Below, piece by piece: positions 56,062-64,000 of a DNA stretch of 64,000 nucleotides. Every line of letters begins with the position of its first letter. The first letter of the stretch is position 1. The stretch is from Thermoleophilia bacterium (GTDB lineage Bacteria > Actinomycetota > Thermoleophilia > Gaiellales > SKUG01). The position numbers were made by a program, and so were the translations under genes. Below the pieces are notes generated by a model. The model did no database searches. It saw only the letters and a program-made list of their open reading frames with translations, and was not told the DNA's origin. The stretch lies in NCBI GenBank assembly GCA_025964555.1, contig JAOPYQ010000009.1, positions 166,265 to 230,264 of the forward strand, in the 5' to 3' direction.

Positions 56062-57005
56062 GCGGTGCTCCTGAGCGGTGCGTGATGGGTCGCCGTCGGG
56101 CGAAGGTCGGTGAGGCGATCGGCCACGTCCGCGCCGAGCAGTCGGCGGGGCGCAGCGGTTGCGGTGGCGCGCATCGGCTCGAGCGTGGTGCCGGCGACAG
56201 GGGCGTCGCTGCCCCACACGAGCGTGCCCGGCGCGAGGACGCCGGCGAGCGCAGCGGCGGCGGACGGGCCGATACCGGAGAGCTCGAAGAACTGGTTCGG
56301 GTCCGGCGACGTCTCGATGCCGGCGCGCAGTTCGAGGCGGTCTGCGTGGAGCGGCGCGAGGCCCGCGCCCATCGCGAAGGCGATGCGCAGGTCGCCGTGA
56401 CGCGCGCGCCCCCAGGCCTGCCATGCGCACCAGGCGGCGTGCTGCTGGGCGACGTAGTCGGTGACCGCATCCCAGCCTGGCGTGAAGCGCGTGTCGACGT
56501 TCGGGCGCCCGATGCCGGGGTGGATGAACACCGCCCGGGAGCGTCGGGCGCAGCGCGCGAGCACGGCGCCGAGGGCGTCGAGGGCAGCGGCGCTTGCGAT
56601 GCGTGGCGCGGCGAGGACGATGCCGGCTGCGCCTGCGCCGAGCTGGAGGTCGACTGCCTCGAGCATCGCGGCGAGGTCGACGCTCGGCACGTGCGCCCAC
56701 CAGCCGTCGCGGGGCAGCTCGGTCGTCGCCCACGCGTACCACTCGCTCGTGATCGCGAGTTGTTCACGCGCGGGGAGCTGTTCGAGGCCGAGCGCGGTCG
56801 AGAGCGCGTAGATGCCGACGTGCTCGTCGCTCACGGGCACGAGGTACTCGCGCGGGACGGTCCAGGGGATCGCGCCCGGGACCTCGAGCAGGTGCGCGCC
56901 CGAGCGCGCGCGCCACGTGCGCGGGGCGTCGGTGCGCGACGCGAGGCGCTCCAGGATCGCGTCGGGCAGGGCGTGGCGGTGGATGTCGAAGGTGCTTCCC
57001 GTCAT
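56058..57005 (-). CDS. Amidohydrolase-family protein
   Basis: DIHRH, VFIHPG, WGSDAP. Confidence 0.7.
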   Translation of the reverse strand: MTGSTFDIHRHALPDAILERLASRTDAPRTWRARSGAHLLEVPGAIPWTVPREYLVPVSDEHVGIYALSTALGLEQLPAREQLAITSEWYAWATTELPRDGWWAHVPSVDLAAMLEAVDLQLGAGAAGIVLAAPRIASAAALDALGAVLARCARRSRAVFIHPGIGRPNVDTRFTPGWDAVTDYVAQQHAAWCAWQAWGRARHGDLRIAFAMGAGLAPLHADRLELRAGIETSPDPNQFFELSGIGPSAAAALAGVLAPGTLVWGSDAPVAGTTLEPMRATATAAPRRLLGADVADRLTDLRPTATHHAPLRSTA

Positions 57006-57030
57006 TCCCTACCTATTTTATAGGGAATGA
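57002..57030. promoter_or_regulatory. Palindromic operator (Rrf2/CymR-like)
   Basis: TCATTCCCTA-N9-TAGGGAATGA over the start of the amidohydrolase-CDO operon. Confidence 0.6.
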
Positions 57031-57128
57031 CCTTGGCGCGCAACCTCTCGTCGCTTGCGGGCACCGGCCCGCCCCTGGGGAGGAGCGTGTCGGACGACGC
57101 AACGCTGACCCCAGAGCGTGGCGCGCGG

Positions 57129-57707
57129 TCAGACCAGGCGCTCGCCGCGCTCGAGCAGGTCGAGGAACTGGGCGACGCGCCGCGCCTTGGTGTCGGCGCG
57201 CTTGGCGCTCTGCACGCGGAAGCACATGGCGAAGCGGTTCGCCTTGTTGAGTTCGGCGAACGCTGCCGCGGCGGCCGGGTTGGCGTCGAGCGCCGCCTGC
57301 AGCTCGGGCGGCACCTCGTTGCCGGAGATCGAGTACGCCGCGTCCCAGCGCCCGTCCGCCTTCGCCGCCTCGACCTGCGCGAGGCCGGCGGGCTGCATGC
57401 GCCCTTCGGCGATGAGGCGCTCGACGTGCTCCACGTTGATCTTCGACCACACGCTGCGCGGTCGGCGGGGCGTGAAGCGCTGCAGGAACCAGGTCTCGTC
57501 CATCGATCGACGCTGCCCGTCGATCCAGCCCCAGCACAACGCGACCGGCACGGCAGCGGCCCAGTCGATCGACGCGATGCCACTCGACTTCTTCGCCATC
57601 TGGATCCACACGCCAGCGGCCGTGTCGTGGTGGGCGCGCAGCCAGCGCTCGAACGCGGCGGCATCCTCGAAGGTCTCGATCGGCAGGTCGTCCGGCACCA
57701 GGCTCAT
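57129..57707 (-). CDS. YdeI/OmpD-associated family protein
   Basis: ALCWGWIDG, FTPRRPRSVWS..N, DGRWDAAY. Confidence 0.9.
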   Translation of the reverse strand: MSLVPDDLPIETFEDAAAFERWLRAHHDTAAGVWIQMAKKSSGIASIDWAAAVPVALCWGWIDGQRRSMDETWFLQRFTPRRPRSVWSKINVEHVERLIAEGRMQPAGLAQVEAAKADGRWDAAYSISGNEVPPELQAALDANPAAAAAFAELNKANRFAMCFRVQSAKRADTKARRVAQFLDLLERGERLV

Positions 57708-57856
57708 GGGGCGAGGATACGCAGCATCGTCGCGCCGAAAACCGAACGATGTTCAGCTGGCGCCTCCGTTGGTGGGCATTTTTTCAGCTTGAGGTGATTC
57801 AGGAATGGATTCTTGGCCTCATACGCCATTTTCGCGTCGTTTTTTCGGTGTAACGC

Positions 57857-57885
57857 TTGCATTTCCGAAAAGCGTTCGGTACCGT
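57857..57885 (+). promoter_or_regulatory. Sigma-A type promoter with AT-rich upstream region
   Basis: TTGCAT-N17-TACCGT. Confidence 0.55.
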
Positions 57886-57937
57886 TCCCATCGACAGGCA
57901 CGACCCCCGCTCCCCAACGTTCGAAAGGTCTTCCGCC

Positions 57938-58381
57938 ATGCAGCTCGCCCCCACCACTCCGATCGCCATCACGCCGCCCCGCAACCCGAACACGCCGAGC
58001 CCGATCGGCGTCGCGTCCTTCGGCGAGCTGCGCATCGGCCACGCGCTCAACGGCATCTCCTACACCGACCACAAGCTCGTCGGCCCGCTCTCGAGCAACT
58101 TCGCCGAGTACTCCGGCTCGCTCCAGGACGCGATCGTCGCCGCCACGGCCGCGATCAAGGACGTCGAGATGCGCGCCGACGGCCGCATCGCCGTCGCGCT
58201 GCTCGGCATGCCCGGCCACTGGGTCGCCCGCCCGCTGTTCGCGGACTCCACCGTGATGCGCGCCATCGACAACGGCGCCGGTCACGGCGGCATCGCCAGC
58301 ATCCAGTTCACGAGCCGCTCGCGCAGCCTCGCGGCGCTCGTCACCAGTGGGGGATCGCTGCTCCCCGGCCAGTCCAACTGA
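57938..58381 (+). CDS. Hypothetical protein
   Basis: GAAAGGT RBS, strong GC3 bias, downstream hairpin. Confidence 0.75.
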   Translation: MQLAPTTPIAITPPRNPNTPSPIGVASFGELRIGHALNGISYTDHKLVGPLSSNFAEYSGSLQDAIVAATAAIKDVEMRADGRIAVALLGMPGHWVARPLFADSTVMRAIDNGAGHGGIASIQFTSRSRSLAALVTSGGSLLPGQSN

Positions 58382-58407
58382 CCAAGGCAGTACGCGAACG
58401 ACGGTCC

Positions 58408-58450
58408 GAGGGACGTGTCAGCAGGAAGCTGGCGCGTCCCTCAGGTCTTC
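58408..58450 (+). terminator. Terminator-like hairpin
   Basis: GAGGGACGTGTCAGC-aggaa-GCTGGCGCGTCCCTC then GTCTTCT. Confidence 0.55.
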
Positions 58451-58461
58451 TGGTGCAGTGT

Positions 58462-58584
58462 CGCGACGCCACCTCGCGAACCCGCGTCATGCGCAGGTTC
58501 GCGCAGCCGCACCTGGTCAGCACGGCGTGGCGCGCGACGCCACCTCGCGAACCCGCGTCATACGTAGGTTCGCGCGGCCGCACC
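58462..58584. repeat. Two 52-bp direct repeats with internal hairpin (REP-like)
   Basis: 58462-58513 and 58533-58584, 3 mismatches; CGCGAACC...GGTTCGCG stem. Confidence 0.8.
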
Positions 58585-58633
58585 CCGACACCCCGACACC
58601 CCAACACCCCGACACGGCCGCGGCGCCGCGAGC

Positions 58634-59317
58634 TCAGTCGTCCGCGTCGATCACCAGCTGCGCCGCGGCGATCGCCGGATCCACGAGCGCGGGCAGCTCG
58701 ATGCCATGCCCCGTGTGACTGACCTTCGCGCGCAGGTACGCCTCGTTGTCGGCGGTCATGAACACGCCGGTCGGCTCGCGCCGATCGACGTCGATGCCAT
58801 GCGCCTCGAGCTGCGCCTGCTTGTCCGGGTTGTTGCTGAGCAGGCGCACCTCGGAGACGCCGAGCGCCTCGAGCATCTGGGCGGCCGCACGATAGTCGCG
58901 GTGGTCGTCGTCGAAGCCGAGCCGGCGATTCGCCTCGTACGTGTCGGCGCCACCATCCTGCAGGGCGTATGCATCGAGCTTGTTGTACAGCCCGATGCCC
59001 CGCCCCTCCTGGCGCAGGTACAGCAGCCAGCCACCCTGCGCGGCGACGAGCTCGAGCGACTCCCGCAGCTGCGGTCCACAGTCGCAGCGCGTCGATCCGA
59101 ACACGTCACCGGTCAGGCACTCCGAGTGCATCCGCACCAGCGGGCGCTCCCCCTCGCGCAGCTCCCCGAGCTGGATGGCGATGTGCTCACGCTCGTCGTG
59201 CAGTCCATGGAACGTCGCCACCCGACCCGCGGCCTCGAAGCCGTCGGCGGTGCGGATCGGCACCTCGACCTCGGTGCGAACGGTCGCGCCCGTGCCGGAA
59301 GCCGGCTGCACCGTCAT
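58634..59317 (-). CDS. ribA: GTP cyclohydrolase II
   Basis: VRMHSECLTGD.FGS.RCDCG, RQEGRGIGL, LLSNNP.K. Confidence 0.92.
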   Translation of the reverse strand: MTVQPASGTGATVRTEVEVPIRTADGFEAAGRVATFHGLHDEREHIAIQLGELREGERPLVRMHSECLTGDVFGSTRCDCGPQLRESLELVAAQGGWLLYLRQEGRGIGLYNKLDAYALQDGGADTYEANRRLGFDDDHRDYRAAAQMLEALGVSEVRLLSNNPDKQAQLEAHGIDVDRREPTGVFMTADNEAYLRAKVSHTGHGIELPALVDPAIAAAQLVIDADD

Positions 59318-60252
59318 CACCGGACGGCCTCGGGATCGAGCGACACGCGCAGCTCGTTGCGCCACGGATCGCGCAGGACGATCGAGCCGTCAGTCGCCCG
59401 CTCGTGCTCGGCGCCGGCATCGGCCAGCCGCTGCGCGAGCTCGTCGAGGTCGGCCATCGCGGGCACGTAGGCCATCCAGAATCCCAGACCGACCGCGTCG
59501 TGCGGCGCAGGCCCCACTCCCTCGCCCTTCCAGGTGTTGAACGCGAGGTGGTGGTGGTAGCCGCCAGCGGAGACGAACCCCGCGACCGGGATGCTCGTGA
59601 TCGACTCGAAGCCCACGACGCCCACGTAGAAGGCGGTCGCCTCCGGAATGTCGCCCACGTGCAGGTGCAGGTGCCCGACCGTCACGCCATCGCCGGCGCG
59701 CTCGGGAACGTCCCCCGCTCCAGCGACCGTCGCGAGCAGCGCGTGCATGTCGAGCGGGCGAGGGCGGATCTCCTCGATGTTGGACAGGTCCGGCCAGGCG
59801 TCACGCGGTCGGTCCGCCGCGAGCTCCAGCCCGTTGCCATCCGGATCGGGCAGGTAGATCGCCTCGTGCGAGCCGTGGTCGGATGCGCCGTCGATCATCG
59901 TGCGCGTGGCGGCGATGCGCTCGACGACGCGCGCGAGCTCCTCGCGCGACGGATACAGCAGTGCGACGTGGTACAGGCCCGCGTGGCGACCGGCGCGACG
60001 GGCACCGGGGCGCTCCACGAGCTCGATGATCGCGACGTCGTCCGTGCCGCCGAAGCGGGCGACGCCGTCGTCGGAATCGGCGAGGCGCGTGAGGCCGAGC
60101 ACGTCCTGGTAGAACGACGTGGAGCGCGCGAGGTCGGTGACGATCAGGCGCGTGGCGCCGAGGCGCAGCTCGTCCGGGACCAGTGCGCCCGTGGCGCGAC
60201 CCTCGGCGCGGACGATGGCGGTGGTGGGTGCGGTGTGCGTGGTGGTTTCCAT
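59317..60252 (-). CDS. VOC family catechol 2,3-dioxygenase-like (CatE)
   Basis: GLYHVALL, DHG.HEAIY.PDPDGNG.E, GGYHHH..FNTW. Confidence 0.85.
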   Translation of the reverse strand: METTTHTAPTTAIVRAEGRATGALVPDELRLGATRLIVTDLARSTSFYQDVLGLTRLADSDDGVARFGGTDDVAIIELVERPGARRAGRHAGLYHVALLYPSREELARVVERIAATRTMIDGASDHGSHEAIYLPDPDGNGLELAADRPRDAWPDLSNIEEIRPRPLDMHALLATVAGAGDVPERAGDGVTVGHLHLHVGDIPEATAFYVGVVGFESITSIPVAGFVSAGGYHHHLAFNTWKGEGVGPAPHDAVGLGFWMAYVPAMADLDELAQRLADAGAEHERATDGSIVLRDPWRNELRVSLDPEAVR

Positions 60253-60328
60253 GCCCACATCGTGGCACCGCGTCGGGCTCGCCGGAATGGCGAATCGGAC
60301 GTGATGCATGGACGAAAGCCCCGGGCGG

Positions 60329-61216
60329 TCAGTCGATCGCGGTGTGCGCATGCTCGCGCCAGGCGGTCGGCGACTCGCCGGCCCACGCCTTGAACGCGCG
60401 CGAGAGGTAGAGCGGGTCGTCGTAGCCCAGACGGTGCGCGACCTGCTGCACCGACAGGTCGGTGTAGCGCAGCAGACGCGAGGCTTCCGTCATGAGCCGA
60501 TCGGTCACGAGGCGCTTCGTGGAGCGACCCGTCAGGCGCGTGAGCGTGGCGGCGAGGTGGTTGGTCGAGATCCCGATCTGCGACGCGTACCAGGCGGCGT
60601 CGTGGTGGCGCCCGTACTCAGCCTCGAGCAGGCGCACGAATCGATGCAGCAGCGCGACGTCGGGATCGGTCACCGAGGCCGGCGTCCCCATCGACGCGCC
60701 GACCTGCCAGCGCCGCACCAGCGTGAGCAGCGCGCCGAGCGACGCGCCGAGCATCGTGGAGGTGCCGGAATCGGGCGGGCGCTCCAGCTCGTCGTCGAGC
60801 AGCCGCACGAGCGCGACCGCGTGGTCGAGCTCGCGTCGGGGCGGATCGAGCTCCGTGCCGCCGCAGTCCACGAGCATCCAGCCCGGCGACATCTCCTGCG
60901 ACGCGCCCGACAGCAGCTCCTCCGCGAAACGAACGACGACCGCCTCCACGTCGCGGGCGCCGACGAGCTGGTGCACCTGGCCGCGCCCGATCATGAACGC
61001 GCGCCCCGCACCGATCGAGATCGGCACCCCGTCGACGAGGTGCTCGGTCACCCCCGCGCGCACGAGGAACAGCTCGTGGTAGTCGTGGCGGTGCGCCTCG
61101 CGCGGTGGATCCGCCACGTCGTCGTCGGGCGTGATCCACACCACCTGGGCCGGTGGCTCGGCGCCGGCGAGCTGGTCGAGCTCGATCGCGCCGGGAACGG
61201 TGACCTTCTCGATCAC
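60329..61216 (-). CDS. AraC family transcriptional regulator
   Basis: HRHDYHE cupin; C-terminal LGY.DP.YLSRAFK...G.SP. Confidence 0.9.
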   Translation of the reverse strand: MIEKVTVPGAIELDQLAGAEPPAQVVWITPDDDVADPPREAHRHDYHELFLVRAGVTEHLVDGVPISIGAGRAFMIGRGQVHQLVGARDVEAVVVRFAEELLSGASQEMSPGWMLVDCGGTELDPPRRELDHAVALVRLLDDELERPPDSGTSTMLGASLGALLTLVRRWQVGASMGTPASVTDPDVALLHRFVRLLEAEYGRHHDAAWYASQIGISTNHLAATLTRLTGRSTKRLVTDRLMTEASRLLRYTDLSVQQVAHRLGYDDPLYLSRAFKAWAGESPTAWREHAHTAID

Positions 61217-62019
61217 GCCGGCACCACGGCCCCGTTCGCACCGACCTCGGAGTCCTCGCGTTCGACGACCCAGATCATCTCCGCGGGCCAGCGCCGCGAC
61301 CACTCGACCTGGTTCGCGCTGCGGTAGGCGGTCGTCTTCACCCCTTCGGGCGGGCGTGTCTCGATGAGGTCGACGATCCTGAGCCCGTTGCGGCGGAACA
61401 GCCGCACCCACTCACCGTAGGGCAGGTTGTAGTAGACGGCCCGGTCCTCGATGCGGTGCAGTCTGAAGTAGTCCTTGACCATCTCGTTGGTCGCGACGCC
61501 GATCTCGACCGGCCAGCAGACCTCGAGCATCGGGGTGATCTGGCTGAACGCGAGCCGTCCACCGGGGCGCAGCAGCCGCGCCGCCTCCGGCACCCAGCGC
61601 AGCGGGTCGGCGAACATCGAGGCGCCGTAGTCGCTGAAGGCGAGGTCGAACGAGGCATCCGGCAGCTGCGACAGGTCCTCCACGTTGCCCTGGATGGGCG
61701 TGACGTCCGGTCGCTCGCCGTCGAGCTCCGTCGCGCGGTCGATCATGTGCTCGGCGAGCGCGAGCTGCTCGGCCGAGATGTCGACTGCAGTGCACCTCGC
61801 ACCCGCGCGCGCGAGGGCGACCGAGAACTGGGCGGCGCCGCAGCCGAGCTCGAGGACGTCGCGCCCCTCGATCTCGCCGAGCGCGCCGACCTCGGCCTCG
61901 GGCAGCGCCCACAGGCTCCACGTCGGAACGTCGATCGGCAGCTGCGAATCGTGCTCGGCCAGGTACGCCGTCGCATAGGCGTCCCACCAGTTCTCGTTCA
62001 AGGTCGCGTCGGTACTCAT
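61213..62019 (-). CDS. Class I SAM-dependent methyltransferase
   Basis: VLELGCGAA, SFDLAFSDYG, LLRPGG. Confidence 0.9.
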   Translation of the reverse strand: MSTDATLNENWWDAYATAYLAEHDSQLPIDVPTWSLWALPEAEVGALGEIEGRDVLELGCGAAQFSVALARAGARCTAVDISAEQLALAEHMIDRATELDGERPDVTPIQGNVEDLSQLPDASFDLAFSDYGASMFADPLRWVPEAARLLRPGGRLAFSQITPMLEVCWPVEIGVATNEMVKDYFRLHRIEDRAVYYNLPYGEWVRLFRRNGLRIVDLIETRPPEGVKTTAYRSANQVEWSRRWPAEMIWVVEREDSEVGANGAVVPA

Positions 62020-62098
62020 CCATGCATCATCCCACCCTTGCTCGTACGTAGTCGTTCGACGTCCGGCTGCATCCGATCCTCGGAATACCATCAGGCGC

Positions 62099-62776
62099 AT
62101 GGAAGGGTCCCGATTCGTCGTCCGACACGTCGATGTCAGCGTTGCCGCGCTCGACACGATCTGGCGATGGCGCGGGTGGGCGAGCACCGACCCCTCCGAC
62201 CGCATGCGCGACCACCGCTCGATCGACGTGTACCGCGACGGCAGCCCCGACGCGAACCAGGTGGTCGGCTTCCACCAGCCCTTCTCGGCCGAGCTGCAGG
62301 AAGCACTCGGACCGGTCGAGTGGGCGGTCGCATCCACGATCGCGGGCGCACAGGATGCGTGGCGACCGACGCTCGGCGCCCTGCGCAGCGCGCGGCGTGG
62401 CGCGTTCAAGCATCGCTCGCTGCCGACGATCCGCCGGCGCGAGACGACGACCAGGTCGCGGCGTCGACCACAGCCCGTGCGCCTCAACTGCGTGATCGCC
62501 GACGTGACGAACGTCTGGGAAGGCGCGACGATCCGGCTCATCGCGACACCGGTGCGCACGGAGCTGCAGGTGCGATCGCCCGGCACGTTCGGGCTGGGCG
62601 AGCTGCCGACGTCGATCCAGAAGGCACTGCGCTACGGCGCCGGATCGATGCGCCAGTCCGCAGACCTGCAGCTGACCGCGGCAGCTCGGGTGCTCGCGGG
62701 GCGGGTCCCGTCGCACGTGCACATCGCCGAGCTGGTCGAGGACCACCGCCACATGCACCTGGTGCGCACCTTCTGA
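62099..62776 (+). CDS. Hypothetical protein
   Basis: 225 aa; TACCAT -10 before the ATG; TGATG-coupled to the next gene. Confidence 0.65.
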   Translation: MEGSRFVVRHVDVSVAALDTIWRWRGWASTDPSDRMRDHRSIDVYRDGSPDANQVVGFHQPFSAELQEALGPVEWAVASTIAGAQDAWRPTLGALRSARRGAFKHRSLPTIRRRETTTRSRRRPQPVRLNCVIADVTNVWEGATIRLIATPVRTELQVRSPGTFGLGELPTSIQKALRYGAGSMRQSADLQLTAAARVLAGRVPSHVHIAELVEDHRHMHLVRTF

Positions 62777-63282
62777 TGGCTCGAGCGCGTCGCCGCATCT
62801 CACCGATCCGGCTCGTGCGCGCGCTGTGGCGCTATCGCGGCCAGCTCGAGGAGCACGGCACCACATACCAGGTGGAGCTCGCGACGACGGTCCGCACGTC
62901 GCTCGTGGCGACGACGCCAGGTCGCCTCGCCCTCAACGGCTACGCGTATGCGATGCGCGCGATGGTTGCGGGCATCGCCTTCCTCGTGCTGTTCGCACTG
63001 CTGCTGGCCTACGCGATGTGGCAGCTCACGCCGTGGGCGGCACTCGCCGGGCTCGTGCCGCTGGGCGGCGCAGTGCTGCTCGGGCTGTGGCGCCTGTCGT
63101 GGGGCGCGCCGCTCGACTGGCTGCGCGAGCACGCGGACACGACACGCACGGTGACGCTCGCCGAGTTGCCGACGCGCCTGCATGCCTTGGCACAGGAGAC
63201 GCGCACGATAGCCAACGTGCCGAAACGCCTCGCCGACGAGCTCGACGAACTCGCGCGGGACTCGGAGCTCGGATCCGGGTAA
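62776..63282 (+). CDS. Hypothetical two-TM membrane protein
   Basis: MARARRRISP..., two hydrophobic helices. Confidence 0.65.
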   Translation: MARARRRISPIRLVRALWRYRGQLEEHGTTYQVELATTVRTSLVATTPGRLALNGYAYAMRAMVAGIAFLVLFALLLAYAMWQLTPWAALAGLVPLGGAVLLGLWRLSWGAPLDWLREHADTTRTVTLAELPTRLHALAQETRTIANVPKRLADELDELARDSELGSG

Positions 63283-63292
63283 GGGCCTGCGT

Positions 63293-63730
63293 ATGGACGC
63301 CCCCGAACAGTCGCCTGCGCCGCCCGCCCGTACCGTTGCATGCCGCGGAGTGCGCGGCGCCACGTGCTCGGACGAGAACACCGCCGAAGCAATCCACGAG
63401 GCGATCCGTGAACTGGTCGTCGAGCTCGCCGCGCGCAACCAGATCCAGCCTGAGGACATCGCCAGCGCACAGTTCACCACCACGCCCGACCTCAACGCGG
63501 CGTTCCCCGCCGAGGCGGTGCGCCACATGGGATGGGATCACGTGCCGCTGCTCGGGGCGGTCGAGATGGCCAAGCCCGGCGCACCCGGCCGCTGCATCCG
63601 CGTGCTGCTCATGTGGAACACCACGCGCACCCAGCAGGAGATCGAGCACGTCTACCTGCGTGGCACCGACGTGCTGTTGACCACGTCGCCCAGCGACTCG
63701 TTCGGACTCGGGTCGCGAGCACCCGAATGA
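63293..63730 (+). CDS. aroH: Chorismate mutase AroH
   Basis: RGVRGAT, FTTTPDLNAAFPA, CIRVL, HVYL. Confidence 0.92.
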   Translation: MDAPEQSPAPPARTVACRGVRGATCSDENTAEAIHEAIRELVVELAARNQIQPEDIASAQFTTTPDLNAAFPAEAVRHMGWDHVPLLGAVEMAKPGAPGRCIRVLLMWNTTRTQQEIEHVYLRGTDVLLTTSPSDSFGLGSRAPE

Positions 63731-64000
63731 CCGCCTCCGCCCTGGACGAGTGCACGGTCGCCATCGTCGGGCTCGGCCTCATGGGCGGCTCGCTCGGCCT
63801 GGCACTGCGCGGGCACTGCGCACACCGCATCGGCATCGACATCGACCATGGCGGTGAAGCGGGCGCGATCGAGGCTGGAGCGATCGACGAGTTCGCACCG
63901 CTCGCGACGGCTGCGGCGCGCGCGGACATCGTCGTGCTGGCAGTTCCGGTTCGCCAGGTCGCGCTGCTCGCCGGCGACATCGCCGCGTGGATGCGCCCCG
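63727..64000 (+). CDS. tyrA: Prephenate dehydrogenase (partial)
   Basis: VAIVGLGLMGGSLGLAL, ADIVVLAVPV; ATGA overlap with aroH. Confidence 0.85.
   Translation, partial: MTASALDECTVAIVGLGLMGGSLGLALRGHCAHRIGIDIDHGGEAGAIEAGAIDEFAPLATAAARADIVVLAVPVRQVALLAGDIAAWMRP

Noticed and set aside
58462-58584. Possible CRISPR mini-array
   Set aside because: Only two 52-bp units with a 19-bp gap; no cas genes in the window
59318-59400. FMN riboswitch before ribA
   Set aside because: ribA is translationally coupled to the upstream gene, leaving no leader

Overview
High-GC bacterial chromosomal segment (roughly 70% by eye). Leaderless starts, a sortase LPxTG substrate, pspA-pspAA and a SigG-type sigma factor point to Actinomycetota; finer placement is not possible from sequence alone. 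It holds about 65 CDS, mostly stress, detox and accessory genes. These include pspA-pspAA, SigG with VOC genes, msrA, a VapBC-type TA pair, a GH13 enzyme, a TM0106-type nuclease-helicase, two giant secreted proteins, ribA and aroH-tyrA. I saw no rRNA, tRNA, CRISPR array or intact transposase/integrase. Most notable observations: (1) an operon encoding a Tyr/Pro-repeat membrane protein, a divergent signal peptidase II paralog and a DAFRH-motif protein, with a second DAFRH paralog 10 kb away; (2) a recurring sigma28/WhiG-like promoter upstream of the large secreted proteins and an ECF sigma/anti-sigma pair; (3) several enzymes and orphans with Pro/Ala/Thr/Ser-rich N-terminal extensions instead of signal peptides; (4) a TerB/alarmone-hydrolase/DUF429/phage-type SSB/kinase cluster; (5) an ORFan bracketed by a duplicated msrA 3' end; (6) a divergent GroES-like protein; (7) a candidate hairpin sRNA. 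All family assignments are motif-based by eye and unverified by database search.
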